Shown: positions 47,709 through 57,893, counted from the first letter of the whole stretch. The stretch: 60,076 nt of DNA, filler included, from Chloroflexota bacterium (GCA_043754535.1; 2 parts of 2 records of this genome joined end to end with filler, not necessarily neighbours in it); one strand, 5' to 3'. Program-made: numbers and translations. The notes: generated by a model from the letters alone, not told the origin.

Positions 47709-49820
47709 ATGGCTGACGCAGCACTCCAACTACTGGAGCGTGGCCGCCGCATCCGGCTGTTGAGCATGGTCAAGGCGGAAGGCTATGCCCCCCACCCCCA
47801 GCAGGACGTGGCGGGCCTCGACGTACACACGGGTGATGCGGACTGGTTCCTGGCGAACATCTCCTGCCAGGCTGCCTGCCCCGCCTACACCGATGTGGCC
47901 CGCTATATTGCTCACATCGCCACCGAGAACTACGACGCAAGCTACAGGATTAACCTCGAAGACAACGTGTTCCCTGCCATGCTGGGCCGCATCTGCGCCC
48001 GTCCCTGCGAACCGGCCTGTCGGCGTGGTCGGGTGGACAAGCCGATTGCGATCTGCTGGCTCAAGCGCGTTGGTAGTGATTACCGCACCAACAAGAACCT
48101 GCCCAATGCCCCTGAGCGTACCAAGCCGCAGAAGGTGGCCGTGATCGGCTCTGGCCCAACCGGGCTGGCTGCTGCCCGCGACCTCGCCCGCATGGGCTAC
48201 GGCGTGGTTGTCTATGAGGCTCTGCCGATCCCTGGGGGGATGTTCACCTGTGGTATCCCCGCCTGGCGGCTGCCCCGCGACGTAACCAAGTACGAAATCG
48301 ACGACTTCTTCGCTGCCCTCGGTGTCGAGATCAAGCTTGGCGTGGCAGTGGGCAAGGATGTTACAGTGCAGCAGTTGATGCAGGAATACAGCGCAGTGCT
48401 ACTGGCTGCTGGCACGCAGGTGCCACAGGAGATGCAAATCCCTGGCGAAGACAAGAACCTCAACGGCTTCTACTACGGCCTACCGTTCATGGAGAAGATT
48501 AACCTGGGTGAGGAGGTGGAGATTGGCCGCAAGGTAGTAGTGATCGGCGGCGGCTTTACCGCGATGGATTGCTCGCGCAGCAGCCTGCGCCTGGGTGCGG
48601 AGAAGGTCTACGTGATCTATCGGCGCAGCCAGAACGAGATGTCCGTCTACGAAGAAGAAGCGGCAGAGGCGGCCCATGAGGGGGTCGAATACCTGTTCCT
48701 CGTTACTCAGACTGAGATCATCTATGACGAGGCGGGCAACATCAGCGGCCTCAAGTGCATCCGTAATCGGCTTGGTGAGCCAGACGCGAGTGGCCGCCGC
48801 GCCCCGGTGCCAATCCCTGGCAGCGAGTTTGTGCTAGATGTAGACACTGTGATCGCTGCCACCGGCCAGAACGCCGACCCCAACATCCCCGGTAAGGAAC
48901 TAGGCGTAGTCCTCAACCGCAGCAAGGTGAAGATCGACCACAACACCTATATGAGCAGTGTTCCTGGCCTGTTTGCTGCTGGCGACTACACCGAGGGCGC
49001 ACGCAACGTAATTAGTTGCGTAGCCGACGGCCACAAGGCGGCGATCAGCATTGACCAGTGGCTGCAGAACGTACAGCCAGAGCCGGTCGTGCTACGCTCG
49101 CGTTTCAGCCTCGCACCGCAATTTGAGAACGTCAGCGACTACCACCAGCGCGTTTCGCAGCTCATTGCGGTCAGCGAGAAGCAGCGGGTAGGCCGTCCCC
49201 GCACCCTGGGCGACGCGCTCAATCGGGTCAGCGCAATGGATGCCTTCGCCAATTCGACGGCGGAGAAGCACTACGAGCCGGTTAGCATCTGGAGCCGCAC
49301 CACTACCGAACGTCGCCTGGAAGTGGGTGACGACTACGATGTGACCGAGCGGCAGGAGATGCCCCAGCTTGACGTGCCGCAGCGTGGCAGCCTGACCCGC
49401 GAAGTGGAGCTTGGCTTCACCCGCGATGAGGCTTTCCAGGAGGCGAAGCGGTGCCTGCAATGCCAACTCAACATCTTCCTGGACGGCAATATGTGCATCC
49501 TCTGCAACGCCTGCATTGACATCTGCCCGCCCCGCGTGCTGCTGATGGTGCCATTTGACAGCCTCGACACGGTAAATGGCGACCCCGATCATGGCCTGCT
49601 AACCACCTCGCTGGGCTGGCGTGACGGCGCAGCGATGTTGATCGACGAGTCGCTATGCATCCGCTGTGGCCTCTGCATCGAAGTCTGCCCGGTGAACTGC
49701 ATTACCATGCAGCACTTTGAGCCAGAAGTGGTGCTGATCAACCAACTGAGTGCCGCCGAGCAAGCCCAGCCTTCGGTCGCCAACCTGATCGCGGGCAACC
49801 GCGTGCTGGCGGTCGGCTAA
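47709..49820 (+). CDS. GltD/DsrL-like FAD/NAD(P)H oxidoreductase with C-terminal 2[4Fe-4S] ferredoxin
   Basis: CQAACP, GRICARPCEPAC, GSGPTG, GGGFTAMD, YRRS, FAAGD, EAKRCLQC, CILCNACIDICP and CIRCGLCIEVCP. Confidence 0.9.
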   Translation: MADAALQLLERGRRIRLLSMVKAEGYAPHPQQDVAGLDVHTGDADWFLANISCQAACPAYTDVARYIAHIATENYDASYRINLEDNVFPAMLGRICARPCEPACRRGRVDKPIAICWLKRVGSDYRTNKNLPNAPERTKPQKVAVIGSGPTGLAAARDLARMGYGVVVYEALPIPGGMFTCGIPAWRLPRDVTKYEIDDFFAALGVEIKLGVAVGKDVTVQQLMQEYSAVLLAAGTQVPQEMQIPGEDKNLNGFYYGLPFMEKINLGEEVEIGRKVVVIGGGFTAMDCSRSSLRLGAEKVYVIYRRSQNEMSVYEEEAAEAAHEGVEYLFLVTQTEIIYDEAGNISGLKCIRNRLGEPDASGRRAPVPIPGSEFVLDVDTVIAATGQNADPNIPGKELGVVLNRSKVKIDHNTYMSSVPGLFAAGDYTEGARNVISCVADGHKAAISIDQWLQNVQPEPVVLRSRFSLAPQFENVSDYHQRVSQLIAVSEKQRVGRPRTLGDALNRVSAMDAFANSTAEKHYEPVSIWSRTTTERRLEVGDDYDVTERQEMPQLDVPQRGSLTREVELGFTRDEAFQEAKRCLQCQLNIFLDGNMCILCNACIDICPPRVLLMVPFDSLDTVNGDPDHGLLTTSLGWRDGAAMLIDESLCIRCGLCIEVCPVNCITMQHFEPEVVLINQLSAAEQAQPSVANLIAGNRVLAVG

Positions 49821-49845
49821 GGGCTGGTAGCTAGAGACACGTAGC

Positions 49846-49879
49846 GGGGGCGCATCCACTGTGGATGCGCCCCCTTTTT
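49846..49879 (+). terminator. Intrinsic terminator
   Basis: Inverted repeat GGGGGCGCATCCAC-T-GTGGATGCGCCCCC followed by TTTTT. Confidence 0.85.
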
Positions 49880-49899
49880 GCCGCTGATCAACTACTCCA

Positions 49900-51555
49900 C
49901 TATAGCAGCTTGCCGTCGTCGTGGGCGAGGACGAGCGGACGCAGCAGCTTGATTGGCGGGCTACCGAAGGAGAGGAAGCGGTCATGGAAGCCTTTGCGGT
50001 CGTAGCTGTCCCCTTGCTCCTGCTGGTAATCAGCCCGCAGCTTGAGGATCATCAGCTTGCCGAGGTTGTAGGCGAAGTAGCCGGGGTCGAAGGTGCCGCG
50101 CACTGCCTCGGCTCGCCCGGTCGCCTCCTCCATGTAAGCATCTGCCACAAACCTGCTGGTTGCCTCGTCCACCGAGAGGCCGTTGACGTGCATATTGATT
50201 GCGTTGACATAGCGCACGTTACGCACCAGGGCTTCCAGCAGTTGGGCGATCTCCAGCTTCACCCCGAACTCTGCCTTGCCGTAGCCAGCCTCGGCGATCA
50301 TCATCTGTTCGCAATAGTGCGCCCAGCCCTCGACGTAGGTGGTGGCACGGAAGACCTTGCTAGCCCGGCTAGGGGCGTTCTTCATGTGTAGGAAGTTGAC
50401 GTAGTGGCCGGGATAGGTTTCGTGTACCGAGATGTCGTCCAGGGTGTAGCGGTCAAACTTGGTCAGCCACTCATCTTGCTTCTCTGGCGGCCAGGAGGGA
50501 TCGGGCAGGGTGAGATAGTAGAAGGCCTGGTCGGCGACCTGCTCGAAGGGGCCAGGCGACGACATAAAGGCAAAGGCCCAGCGCATGTAGGGAGGGGTTT
50601 CCTCGACCAGGGCGCGCACCTCGCTCGGCACGCTGACGATCTGCTCGTCTAGCAGGAACTGGCGGATGCGCTCCAGGCTGGCACGGGTTTCCTCGATCAG
50701 CCGCTCGCTGCTGGTATGCTCGCGGCCCATCTCGGCCACCACTGTGCGCAGGTCGTGGCCCGCGAAGTGTAGGCTAGCAAGCTCAAGCAGGCGCGCCTTG
50801 TTGCGGGCCAGGTCGGCTTCGCCAATCGCCAGCACCTCGTCCAGTGGCAGGTCTACCATCTCATAGGCCCATAGCAGCTTCTGGTAGCGGTCGCGGCCAA
50901 TGGCAAAGTCGTCGCTGACGTTCTTCTCCATACGGTGCAAGAAGGTAAGGAAGTCCTTGAGGGCCATCACTGCGTTGTCACGGGCAAGATCAAACTGCTT
51001 CATCAACTCCTTGTCGTTGACAGCCATCACCTGTTCGGTCAGCTCGCCTTGCAGGTAATGCACCTGCCCGCCGAACATACCAAGAGCAGTAGTCAGCACT
51101 GGGCGGCTGAGGGCTGGCTTGAGGTTGGCGCGAGCAGCATCCAGCACGCCAGGGATCGCCTTCAGATGCTGCACCAGTCCAGCTACCCGCTCTGGCAAGG
51201 GCGCATAGTTGCGCTTGACGTAGTTGCTCACCCCAATCTGCCAGTTGTAGATCATCGGCATGGTTGCGGCTGCGTCCATGTCGGCCATCTGGAAAATCTG
51301 CTGACCCGCACTGAACTTTACCAAACCGAGGTCGTAGCGACCCAGCCGGTCTAGCTGGTTCTCATCCACCGCAGCGGCTCGCTGCAAGAACTCGTGTAGG
51401 TAGGCCAGCCGCCGCTCTATCCCCTCGCGGCTAAGGTCTGCCACCTGCCCATCATACTGGTGCAGGCCAGACGCTGCTGCGCTGACTGGGTTGGCAGCGA
51501 AGAACTCGGTGGTGAACTCCTCGACCAACGCCGCGCACTTGTCGGCTTCGCTCAT
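49900..51555 (-). CDS. DUF885 family protein
   Basis: P..A...GLHQYD, HETYPGH, YVEGWAHYCE and PGYFAYNLGK. Confidence 0.88.
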   Translation of the reverse strand: MSEADKCAALVEEFTTEFFAANPVSAAASGLHQYDGQVADLSREGIERRLAYLHEFLQRAAAVDENQLDRLGRYDLGLVKFSAGQQIFQMADMDAAATMPMIYNWQIGVSNYVKRNYAPLPERVAGLVQHLKAIPGVLDAARANLKPALSRPVLTTALGMFGGQVHYLQGELTEQVMAVNDKELMKQFDLARDNAVMALKDFLTFLHRMEKNVSDDFAIGRDRYQKLLWAYEMVDLPLDEVLAIGEADLARNKARLLELASLHFAGHDLRTVVAEMGREHTSSERLIEETRASLERIRQFLLDEQIVSVPSEVRALVEETPPYMRWAFAFMSSPGPFEQVADQAFYYLTLPDPSWPPEKQDEWLTKFDRYTLDDISVHETYPGHYVNFLHMKNAPSRASKVFRATTYVEGWAHYCEQMMIAEAGYGKAEFGVKLEIAQLLEALVRNVRYVNAINMHVNGLSVDEATSRFVADAYMEEATGRAEAVRGTFDPGYFAYNLGKLMILKLRADYQQEQGDSYDRKGFHDRFLSFGSPPIKLLRPLVLAHDDGKLL

Positions 51556-51702
51556 GGTTGCCCTCCATTAGACAATGATATAAGTTACCATCCGCATTTT
51601 AGCACAAACTAGCCTGCAACACCAGCGGCCAATGCTGTATAATAACAAGGGTTCAAGTCACCTAGCTACTTATGACCTGCCTGGGGCAGCAATGGAGGAT
51701 TA

Positions 51703-52968
51703 TTGATAAACACCACGAACGCCCAGTCTGGGAATGCTGCTATCCAGCGACTTTTTTGGATTGGATTCGGCTGCTTCATCGCCTTCATAGTGGTCTACTT
51801 GATCCGCAACCCAACTCCAGAAGGACCTAACCCCCACTATGTCTACCTGGCCGACTCGTTCCTCCATGGCCGCCTGGACATAAATGCGATCAACAGCAAA
51901 GCCTACGACATCAGCTATTATCAGGGCCAACGTCAAATCCCTTTCGGTGCCTTGCCAGGGGTGCTGATGATGCCGTTCGTAGCCTTGTTTGGGCATGGCT
52001 TCCACCAGGTCTACATGGTCTACATCCTGAGTGGGATTAGTGGCTGGATACTGTGGCTGCTGCTTGGCAGCCTGGGGGTGGTTAGTTCGGCTCGTACCTG
52101 GCTAGCAGCCTTGCTCTTTGTCAGCTCACCCTACCTCTACAACTTTCTACTTGACGGCCCCTGGCCCTTGCAGCACGCGTTGACCATGACTACTACGCTG
52201 CTTGCGATCTACATTGTGCTGCACCAGCCACTAGCCGATCTGCGCTGGCGGGCATGGCTGCTGATCGGCCTGTTGGTAGGCTGTAGCCTGCTCAACCGCT
52301 ATGCGGTCGTCCTCAGCCTGCTTTTCTTCCTCTGGCTGCTGGTAGAGGAGGGGCGGATGTTGCGCTGGCCCTTGCGTCGTTACCTCGTCCCCTTGAGCGG
52401 GATGGGCCTGGGCGTAGGCCTGTGCCTGGCGACTTTCATGCTCTTTAACTACGCTCGTTTCGATAACCCTTTGCAGACTGGCTTCAGCCTCTGCGACTGG
52501 CCCCCAGCACAGCGGGCTGCTTACAACCAGGGCTTCTTCAGTCTCGCCCATGTGCCAAAGAACCTGCTTTCCGCCTTCCTGAGTGGCCCCATACCAACTA
52601 CAGCCTTCGGCCCTAGCCTGGCCCACCCGGTGCTACCTTTTCCCTGGATACAGCCTAATCCCTGGGGGATGTCGTTGTTCCTTACTAGCCCTGCCCTCCT
52701 CTACGCCTTTCGTAGTGGCCTCGACACCCCGCTCAAGCGCGCTTGCTGGGCAACCACGGTGTTGCTCTTTGCTACGCTGATGTTGTATTTCTGGTCTGGT
52801 GTTCCTCAGATCGGCTATCGCTACGCACTGGACTTCTTCCCCTTCCTAATTATCCTGCTTGCGCTGCAATGGCAGATGGGCGTAAGTACCTTGGGCCGCT
52901 GGCTGATCCTCGCTGGTGGCTTGTTCTGTAGCTGGTGTCTACTCAGTATCCAACTTAGTAGTCCCTAA
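51703..52968 (+). CDS. Polytopic membrane protein, possibly a GT-C-type glycosyltransferase
   Basis: About 10 hydrophobic segments; HYVYLADSFLHGRL, NYARFDNPLQTG and GYRYALDF; GGAGG RBS before a TTG start. Confidence 0.65.
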   Translation: MINTTNAQSGNAAIQRLFWIGFGCFIAFIVVYLIRNPTPEGPNPHYVYLADSFLHGRLDINAINSKAYDISYYQGQRQIPFGALPGVLMMPFVALFGHGFHQVYMVYILSGISGWILWLLLGSLGVVSSARTWLAALLFVSSPYLYNFLLDGPWPLQHALTMTTTLLAIYIVLHQPLADLRWRAWLLIGLLVGCSLLNRYAVVLSLLFFLWLLVEEGRMLRWPLRRYLVPLSGMGLGVGLCLATFMLFNYARFDNPLQTGFSLCDWPPAQRAAYNQGFFSLAHVPKNLLSAFLSGPIPTTAFGPSLAHPVLPFPWIQPNPWGMSLFLTSPALLYAFRSGLDTPLKRACWATTVLLFATLMLYFWSGVPQIGYRYALDFFPFLIILLALQWQMGVSTLGRWLILAGGLFCSWCLLSIQLSSP

Positions 52969-52992
52969 TCGTAAGTGGCACCGCGATATCCT

Positions 52993-53997
52993 TCACCTAC
53001 GGCGCAGCAGCAGCACGCCGAGGCCAAGCGCGCCCATCAGCCAGAGCGCACGCTTGCGACCAGGGTGCTGCTCAAGCAAGGTAGTGTAGGGGCTACTCTT
53101 GACCGTCATCTGCCCAAAGTCACCCTCCACTCGCCCCACGCTGTCCACTCCTGCGAACAGGTTGTCTACCCCATCATCAGGCCGGTCAGTCTGCTGCATC
53201 TTGAACATAATGCCGCCCGCTTTCATCAGCCAGTCGTTGAGGCTAGGGCTGAAGTGTTCACCGATCTCCACCAGTTTCGACATCCCGCCCACGCTGAGGT
53301 CGCGTCGCGGGTTCTCGGCGGCGAACACAATGCTGTCTGCTACCAACTGTGGTGGGTAGACAGGCGGGATCGGCTGGGGCTTGACTCCGGTCTTGCTGCG
53401 AGCATGGTTGAAGAAGGGAGTGTTGATCGAGGCGGGCTTGATTACAGTGATCGTGATCCCCTTCTGCGCCTGCTCAAGCTCCATGCGAATGCCCTCACTG
53501 AAGCCAATCACCCCACGCTTGGACGCACTGTAAGCTGCCTGCAAGGGGACGGAGCGTTCGCCCAGGCCAGAGGCGACGTTGATAATCGTCCCTCCACCCT
53601 GCTGCTCCATGTATGGTAGGATCGCCTTTGTGCCGAACATCACGCCCAGTAGGTTGACGCGGATCACCTGCTCAAGCTCGTCCGCCTCAAGCTGGTCAAT
53701 CGTGCCGTAGATCGCAACCGAGGCATCGTTCACCCAGGTGTCCACCCGGCCAAAGTGGTTGATTGCCTCCTTAGCCAAATGCTCTACCTGCATCCAGTTG
53801 CTCACGTCGGTGACGACTACGTGCGCCCTGCTGCCCTCGCTCTCGATCAGGGCGGCCACCTCGCGCAAAGCAGCCTCGCTGCGCGAAGCTAGCACCACGT
53901 TTGCCCCCAGCTTGCCAAAGGTCAAGGCAGTGGCACGCCCAATCCCGCTTGATGCACCTGTGATCACTACCGTCTGCCCACTGATTGGTCTAGGCAT
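52993..53997 (-). CDS. Short-chain dehydrogenase/reductase (SDR)
   Basis: TGASSGIG, WVNDAS, YSASK catalytic motif and a hydrophobic C-terminal tail. Confidence 0.92.
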   Translation of the reverse strand: MPRPISGQTVVITGASSGIGRATALTFGKLGANVVLASRSEAALREVAALIESEGSRAHVVVTDVSNWMQVEHLAKEAINHFGRVDTWVNDASVAIYGTIDQLEADELEQVIRVNLLGVMFGTKAILPYMEQQGGGTIINVASGLGERSVPLQAAYSASKRGVIGFSEGIRMELEQAQKGITITVIKPASINTPFFNHARSKTGVKPQPIPPVYPPQLVADSIVFAAENPRRDLSVGGMSKLVEIGEHFSPSLNDWLMKAGGIMFKMQQTDRPDDGVDNLFAGVDSVGRVEGDFGQMTVKSSPYTTLLEQHPGRKRALWLMGALGLGVLLLRRR

Positions 53998-54014
53998 CTT
54001 CGTTTCTCCTTAGC

Positions 54015-54040
54015 AAAAGGGCGAGTCCACTGACCCGCCC
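54015..54040 (-). terminator. Intrinsic terminator/attenuator between the DUF2231 and SDR genes
   Basis: Minus strand GGGCGGGTC-AGTG-GACTCGCCC-TTTT. Confidence 0.6.
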
Positions 54041-54090
54041 CTACTTTGTTCCTGTCCTGCTCTCCGCCCCTTAAGTCAGGTAGCAGGTAG

Positions 54091-54600
54091 CTATATGATC
54101 TCGCCCTCGGCGGCGTTGTGGCTGGCTGGTTCACCGCTCAACGAGCTTGGCGAGTCCAGGTGCGCCCCACGATCCACGCCCACTCCCAAGCGGTAGGATA
54201 GCTCACCGCCCAACCAGGCTGTGCTGAGCGACAGACCACCCGCCAGCAGAGCAACAGCGATGGCGGCTGCTCCTGGTTGTGTTGGCTTGCCACGCCGTAG
54301 CAGCCAGCTAGCCCCGAACAGTCCAATCACCGCAAAATTGCCGAGGCCATGAATCATACCCACCGACTTCGCCCGCGTGCCGTCTGGGATGTGCAGCCAG
54401 TCGTTACTGCCAAACGGTGCAGCCACCATGCCGCCAACCAGGCCAGAAACCAACATCCAGTACGAGACGGTTGCCAGTTCCTTCTTCTTCGTTGCCAGGT
54501 AGGCCATGTCGAAGATCAGCGAGCTGGAAAAAAGGCCGAGGGGAAAGACGATCAGCATAGGGTGGATCGGATGGCCGACGATCTTGGTTTTGCTCTCCAT
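54091..54600 (-). CDS. DUF2231 membrane protein
   Basis: GHPIHPMLIVFP, G..DW, HGLGN and WLGGELSYRLGVGV. Confidence 0.88.
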   Translation of the reverse strand: MESKTKIVGHPIHPMLIVFPLGLFSSSLIFDMAYLATKKKELATVSYWMLVSGLVGGMVAAPFGSNDWLHIPDGTRAKSVGMIHGLGNFAVIGLFGASWLLRRGKPTQPGAAAIAVALLAGGLSLSTAWLGGELSYRLGVGVDRGAHLDSPSSLSGEPASHNAAEGEII

Positions 54601-54615
54601 TTGCTACTCCTTTGC

Positions 54616-54978
54616 TTAGTTCATCGCTGCCATCTCGTGGCAGGAGTCGGCACAGATACGGCACATCTCGGCACAGGTCTGCATCCACTCGTCATCATCC
54701 GCCAGTTGCTCACAACTCTCGGCGCAGGCGGTGCAGACAGCAGCACAGAGGTCACAGGCTTGTGGGTGGAAGCTGGAAGCCCGCGTCATGAAGTCGGCAC
54801 TGAGCAGGCAGACTTGCGCGCAATCTAGCAGCAAGCGGATGTGGGCTGAGTTGGCGTGCGATCCACCCATCTCCAGGCAGTGGGCCACCGTCTCCAGGCA
54901 GATGCGGTGGCAGTCCTGGCAGTTGGAGATACACTGTTGGATCAACATATCCTCGCTGCTCATACTGGTACTATCCAT
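54616..54978 (-). CDS. Cys-rich four-helix-bundle copper-storage protein (Csp3/DUF326-like)
   Basis: Repeated CxxxC/CxxC motifs (CISNCQDCHRIC, CDLCAAVCTACAESC, CAEMCRICADSC); no signal peptide. Confidence 0.88.
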   Translation of the reverse strand: MDSTSMSSEDMLIQQCISNCQDCHRICLETVAHCLEMGGSHANSAHIRLLLDCAQVCLLSADFMTRASSFHPQACDLCAAVCTACAESCEQLADDDEWMQTCAEMCRICADSCHEMAAMN

Positions 54979-55048
54979 CTCCGTCCTCCTCTGGTTGTCT
55001 TAAACCAGATAGTCAGCACGGATCGTACCAGCGGGTGCGGAGCGTCAG

Positions 55049-56362
55049 CTAGTTCTGCATCCCACTACCGTTGAGCGGCCCAAGCGCACTGGTGTAGGGA
55101 ACGGTGGCCTCCAACTCGCCTGCCTTACCGTTGCCGTTGCTGTGAGCGTTGCTGTGGCCGTTAGGGTGTCCATTGCCATTGCTGACTGGCAGGCTAAGTG
55201 GTAGGGCGACATTGCGAACTGGCGTGACTGGCAGGGCCACTGGCTGATCGAAGGTTGCACTCTCCGCAAGCTGCTTGCCAGTTAGCTTGTTGTAGAGGGT
55301 GAGAGCCTGAGCAACAACCTGATCCATGTTGTAATACTTGTAGGTCGCCAACCGCCCGGCGAAGTGTACACCCACTGTGCTGTCAGCCAATACCTTGTAC
55401 TGCTTGTATAGCTCGGCGTTCTCTGGGTTTGGCACGGGGTAGTAGGGGTCACCTTCGGCCTGCGGGTACTCGTAGACGATGCTGGTCTTGCGGTGGGTCT
55501 GCCCAGTCAGTTGCTTGAACTCTGTAATGCGCGTATACTCGTAATCGTTAGGATAGTTAACCACCGGCGCATCTTGGTAGCGTTCAGTTTCATGTGTCTC
55601 GAAGCGGAACTCCAACGAACGATAGGGTAGCTTGCCGTAGCGCAGGTCGAAGAACTCGTCCACCGGGCCAGTGTAGATGATCTCGCGGTAGGGGAGTATG
55701 CCATTCAGTTCGCGCCAATCAGTGTTGAGCATGATCTTGATGTTTGGATGGTCCAACATCCGCTCGAACATCTTGCTATAGCCATGTAGCGGCATTGCCT
55801 GATAGGTGTCGGTGAAGTAGCGGTCGTCACGGTTGGTGCGGGTCGGCACTCGGCTGGTGACACTAGCATCCAGTTCGCTGGGGTCGACCCCCCACTGCTT
55901 GCGGGTGTAGTTGCGGAAGAACTTCTCGTAGAGTTCGCGCCCCACCCGACTGACTACCACATCCTCGGAGGTGCGAATCTCAGCCCGCGGTTCGGCGACA
56001 CTAGCAAGGAAGTCTTCTACCTGGAAGGAGGTGAGGTTGAGGCCGTAGAGACCGTTGATCGTGTCCAGGTTGATCGGCATTGGCAGCAGTTGCCCGTCCA
56101 CCATTACCTTGACGCGGTGTTGGTATTGCCGCCAGGCGGTGAAGCGGGAGAGGTAGTCAAACACATTCTTGGCGTTGGTATGGAAGATGTGCGGTCCATA
56201 CTTGTGAATCAGGATGCCATCTTCGTTGTAGTAGTCGTAGGCGTTGCCGCCAATGTGGTTTCGTATGTCGCAGATTAGAACACGTTTGCCTGCGCCTCGT
56301 GCCAGCCGCTCGGCCAGTACGCTGCCTGCAAAACCAGCCCCAACGATAAGGTAGTCGAACAT
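55049..56362 (-). CDS. glf: UDP-galactopyranose mutase
   Basis: IVGAGFAG, HIGGNAYD, YGPHIFHT, YTRKQWG, RITEFK and GRLATYKYYNMDQ. ATG 56362 has an AGGAGG RBS. Low-complexity C-terminal extension. Confidence 0.95.
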   Translation of the reverse strand: MFDYLIVGAGFAGSVLAERLARGAGKRVLICDIRNHIGGNAYDYYNEDGILIHKYGPHIFHTNAKNVFDYLSRFTAWRQYQHRVKVMVDGQLLPMPINLDTINGLYGLNLTSFQVEDFLASVAEPRAEIRTSEDVVVSRVGRELYEKFFRNYTRKQWGVDPSELDASVTSRVPTRTNRDDRYFTDTYQAMPLHGYSKMFERMLDHPNIKIMLNTDWRELNGILPYREIIYTGPVDEFFDLRYGKLPYRSLEFRFETHETERYQDAPVVNYPNDYEYTRITEFKQLTGQTHRKTSIVYEYPQAEGDPYYPVPNPENAELYKQYKVLADSTVGVHFAGRLATYKYYNMDQVVAQALTLYNKLTGKQLAESATFDQPVALPVTPVRNVALPLSLPVSNGNGHPNGHSNAHSNGNGKAGELEATVPYTSALGPLNGSGMQN

Positions 56363-56448
56363 TACCAATTTCCTCCTGTTGGAATGATGACAGTCTACTT
56401 TTACTGCCTTGATTCGTTTGTTCCACCTTTGCGGACTGCGGTGTGCGC

Positions 56449-57615
56449 TTAGTGGCTGGTGGCCCCGACTGGGGCAGCATGACGGGCGAGGACGAGTGTG
56501 TTGATCAGGTCGCGCATCTCGGCCCAGGTACGCTCCCAGGATAGCTGGGCCAGGAAGGGGTCTACCTTGCTCAGACGTGCCGCCCGATCCTCCTGCAATG
56601 CCTGCTCAACAGCAGCTACGAACTCGGCCACCGTCTCGGCAATCTGTACCAGCCCGCCCTCACCATAGGGCCGTATCACATCGCGGATCGGGGTGGAGAC
56701 CACTGGCTTGCCTGCTGCCAGATACTCCGGCGTTTTGGTTGGGCTGATGAAGCGGGTAGACTCGTTGCGGGCGAAAGGCAGCAGGGCTACGTCCCAACCC
56801 GCGATGTATGCGGGCAACTCTGCGTACTTCTTGCCACCGGGGTAGTGGACGTTCGGTAGGTGAGGTAGGCTGGCTGGTTCGATCTTAACTACGGGGCCTA
56901 GCATCACCAAATGCCACTCTGGGCGTGCCTCGGCTACCCCGCGCACTAGCTCGATGTCGAACCGCTCGTCGATCACGCCAAAGAAGCCGAGGCGGGGATG
57001 CGGGATCGCCGCCTGGTCTTCGGGGTCGGCCTGTGGCTGCCGAGCAGCGGCAAAGTGTGGTACATCCACACTGCTGGGGAAGGGGTAGACGCGGGCAGCA
57101 CGATCCTTCTTTGCCTCGTAGATGCTGTAACCGCCCGTGAAAACCAGGTCTGCCTTCTTCAGCAACTCAGTCTCGCGTTCTAGCAGCAGTGGTGGCGCAC
57201 CGAGGAAGGCAGAGAGTTCGTCCATTGCGTCAAAGATGGTAGCCCGCGGCTCAAGGTGGTCACTAAAGCCGAGAGCCATTGGGGTATAATACCAGAGGAC
57301 GAACTGTGCAATCCCCTGCTCGTGGATCAGCCCGTCTAGTAGACTGCGCTGGGCTGCCTCTGCCTCTTGCGGCCCGATGCCATGTGGCAGGCGGGGTGTG
57401 GCGATGGTCAAGCCATCCTCGCGGGGGCTGAGGTCGAGACGGGCGGGGCCGTCCTCAAATGTTGGCTCCTCTACAAAGAAGACCCGCCGTTCTCGCGCAA
57501 AGCGGCTGATCAAGTGTTGAGGCCGTTGATAGACAAAATCCCAGCGCAGGTGGGACAAGCAAATCAGGTCATAGGCTACTTCAGCTTGCTCAAGCTGATC
57601 GTGGGATACTGCCAT
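56449..57615 (-). CDS. GT-B glycosyltransferase (glf-associated)
   Basis: SHLRWDFVYQRPQHL, WYYTPMA, DAMDELSAF, GFFGVIDER and SPTKTPEYLAAGKPVVST. Confidence 0.9.
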   Translation of the reverse strand: MAVSHDQLEQAEVAYDLICLSHLRWDFVYQRPQHLISRFARERRVFFVEEPTFEDGPARLDLSPREDGLTIATPRLPHGIGPQEAEAAQRSLLDGLIHEQGIAQFVLWYYTPMALGFSDHLEPRATIFDAMDELSAFLGAPPLLLERETELLKKADLVFTGGYSIYEAKKDRAARVYPFPSSVDVPHFAAARQPQADPEDQAAIPHPRLGFFGVIDERFDIELVRGVAEARPEWHLVMLGPVVKIEPASLPHLPNVHYPGGKKYAELPAYIAGWDVALLPFARNESTRFISPTKTPEYLAAGKPVVSTPIRDVIRPYGEGGLVQIAETVAEFVAAVEQALQEDRAARLSKVDPFLAQLSWERTWAEMRDLINTLVLARHAAPVGATSH

Positions 57616-57816
57616 TGTTGCTAACCTCTCTCAACGTGGTATGCCAACTACACTAGGGGATGCGCAGGAGTGCGTTGCACGGTGCTAAAGAGTGAGTAGC
57701 CTACTGCTGTTCACCCCTTCCTAAAACAACAAACTGACATTTACTGGCCCGCAAACACCCGATAATAGATGCACAGAATACGTGCGCTTGCAAGCAGGCT
57801 ATTTGTTAGCATACTC

Positions 57817-57833
57817 TGCAGGATGTGTGCCAG
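57817..57833 (-). promoter_or_regulatory. Sigma54-like -24/-12 motif upstream of the GT-glf operon
   Basis: Minus strand CTGGCACACATCCTGCA (GG-N10-GC), about 200 nt upstream of the GT start. Confidence 0.5.
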
Positions 57834-57893
57834 CATTGTGAAGGGCAAAGCCGGTTGCTTGTCGTATCTGAGATGGAGAAAAGCAGTTGTCAA

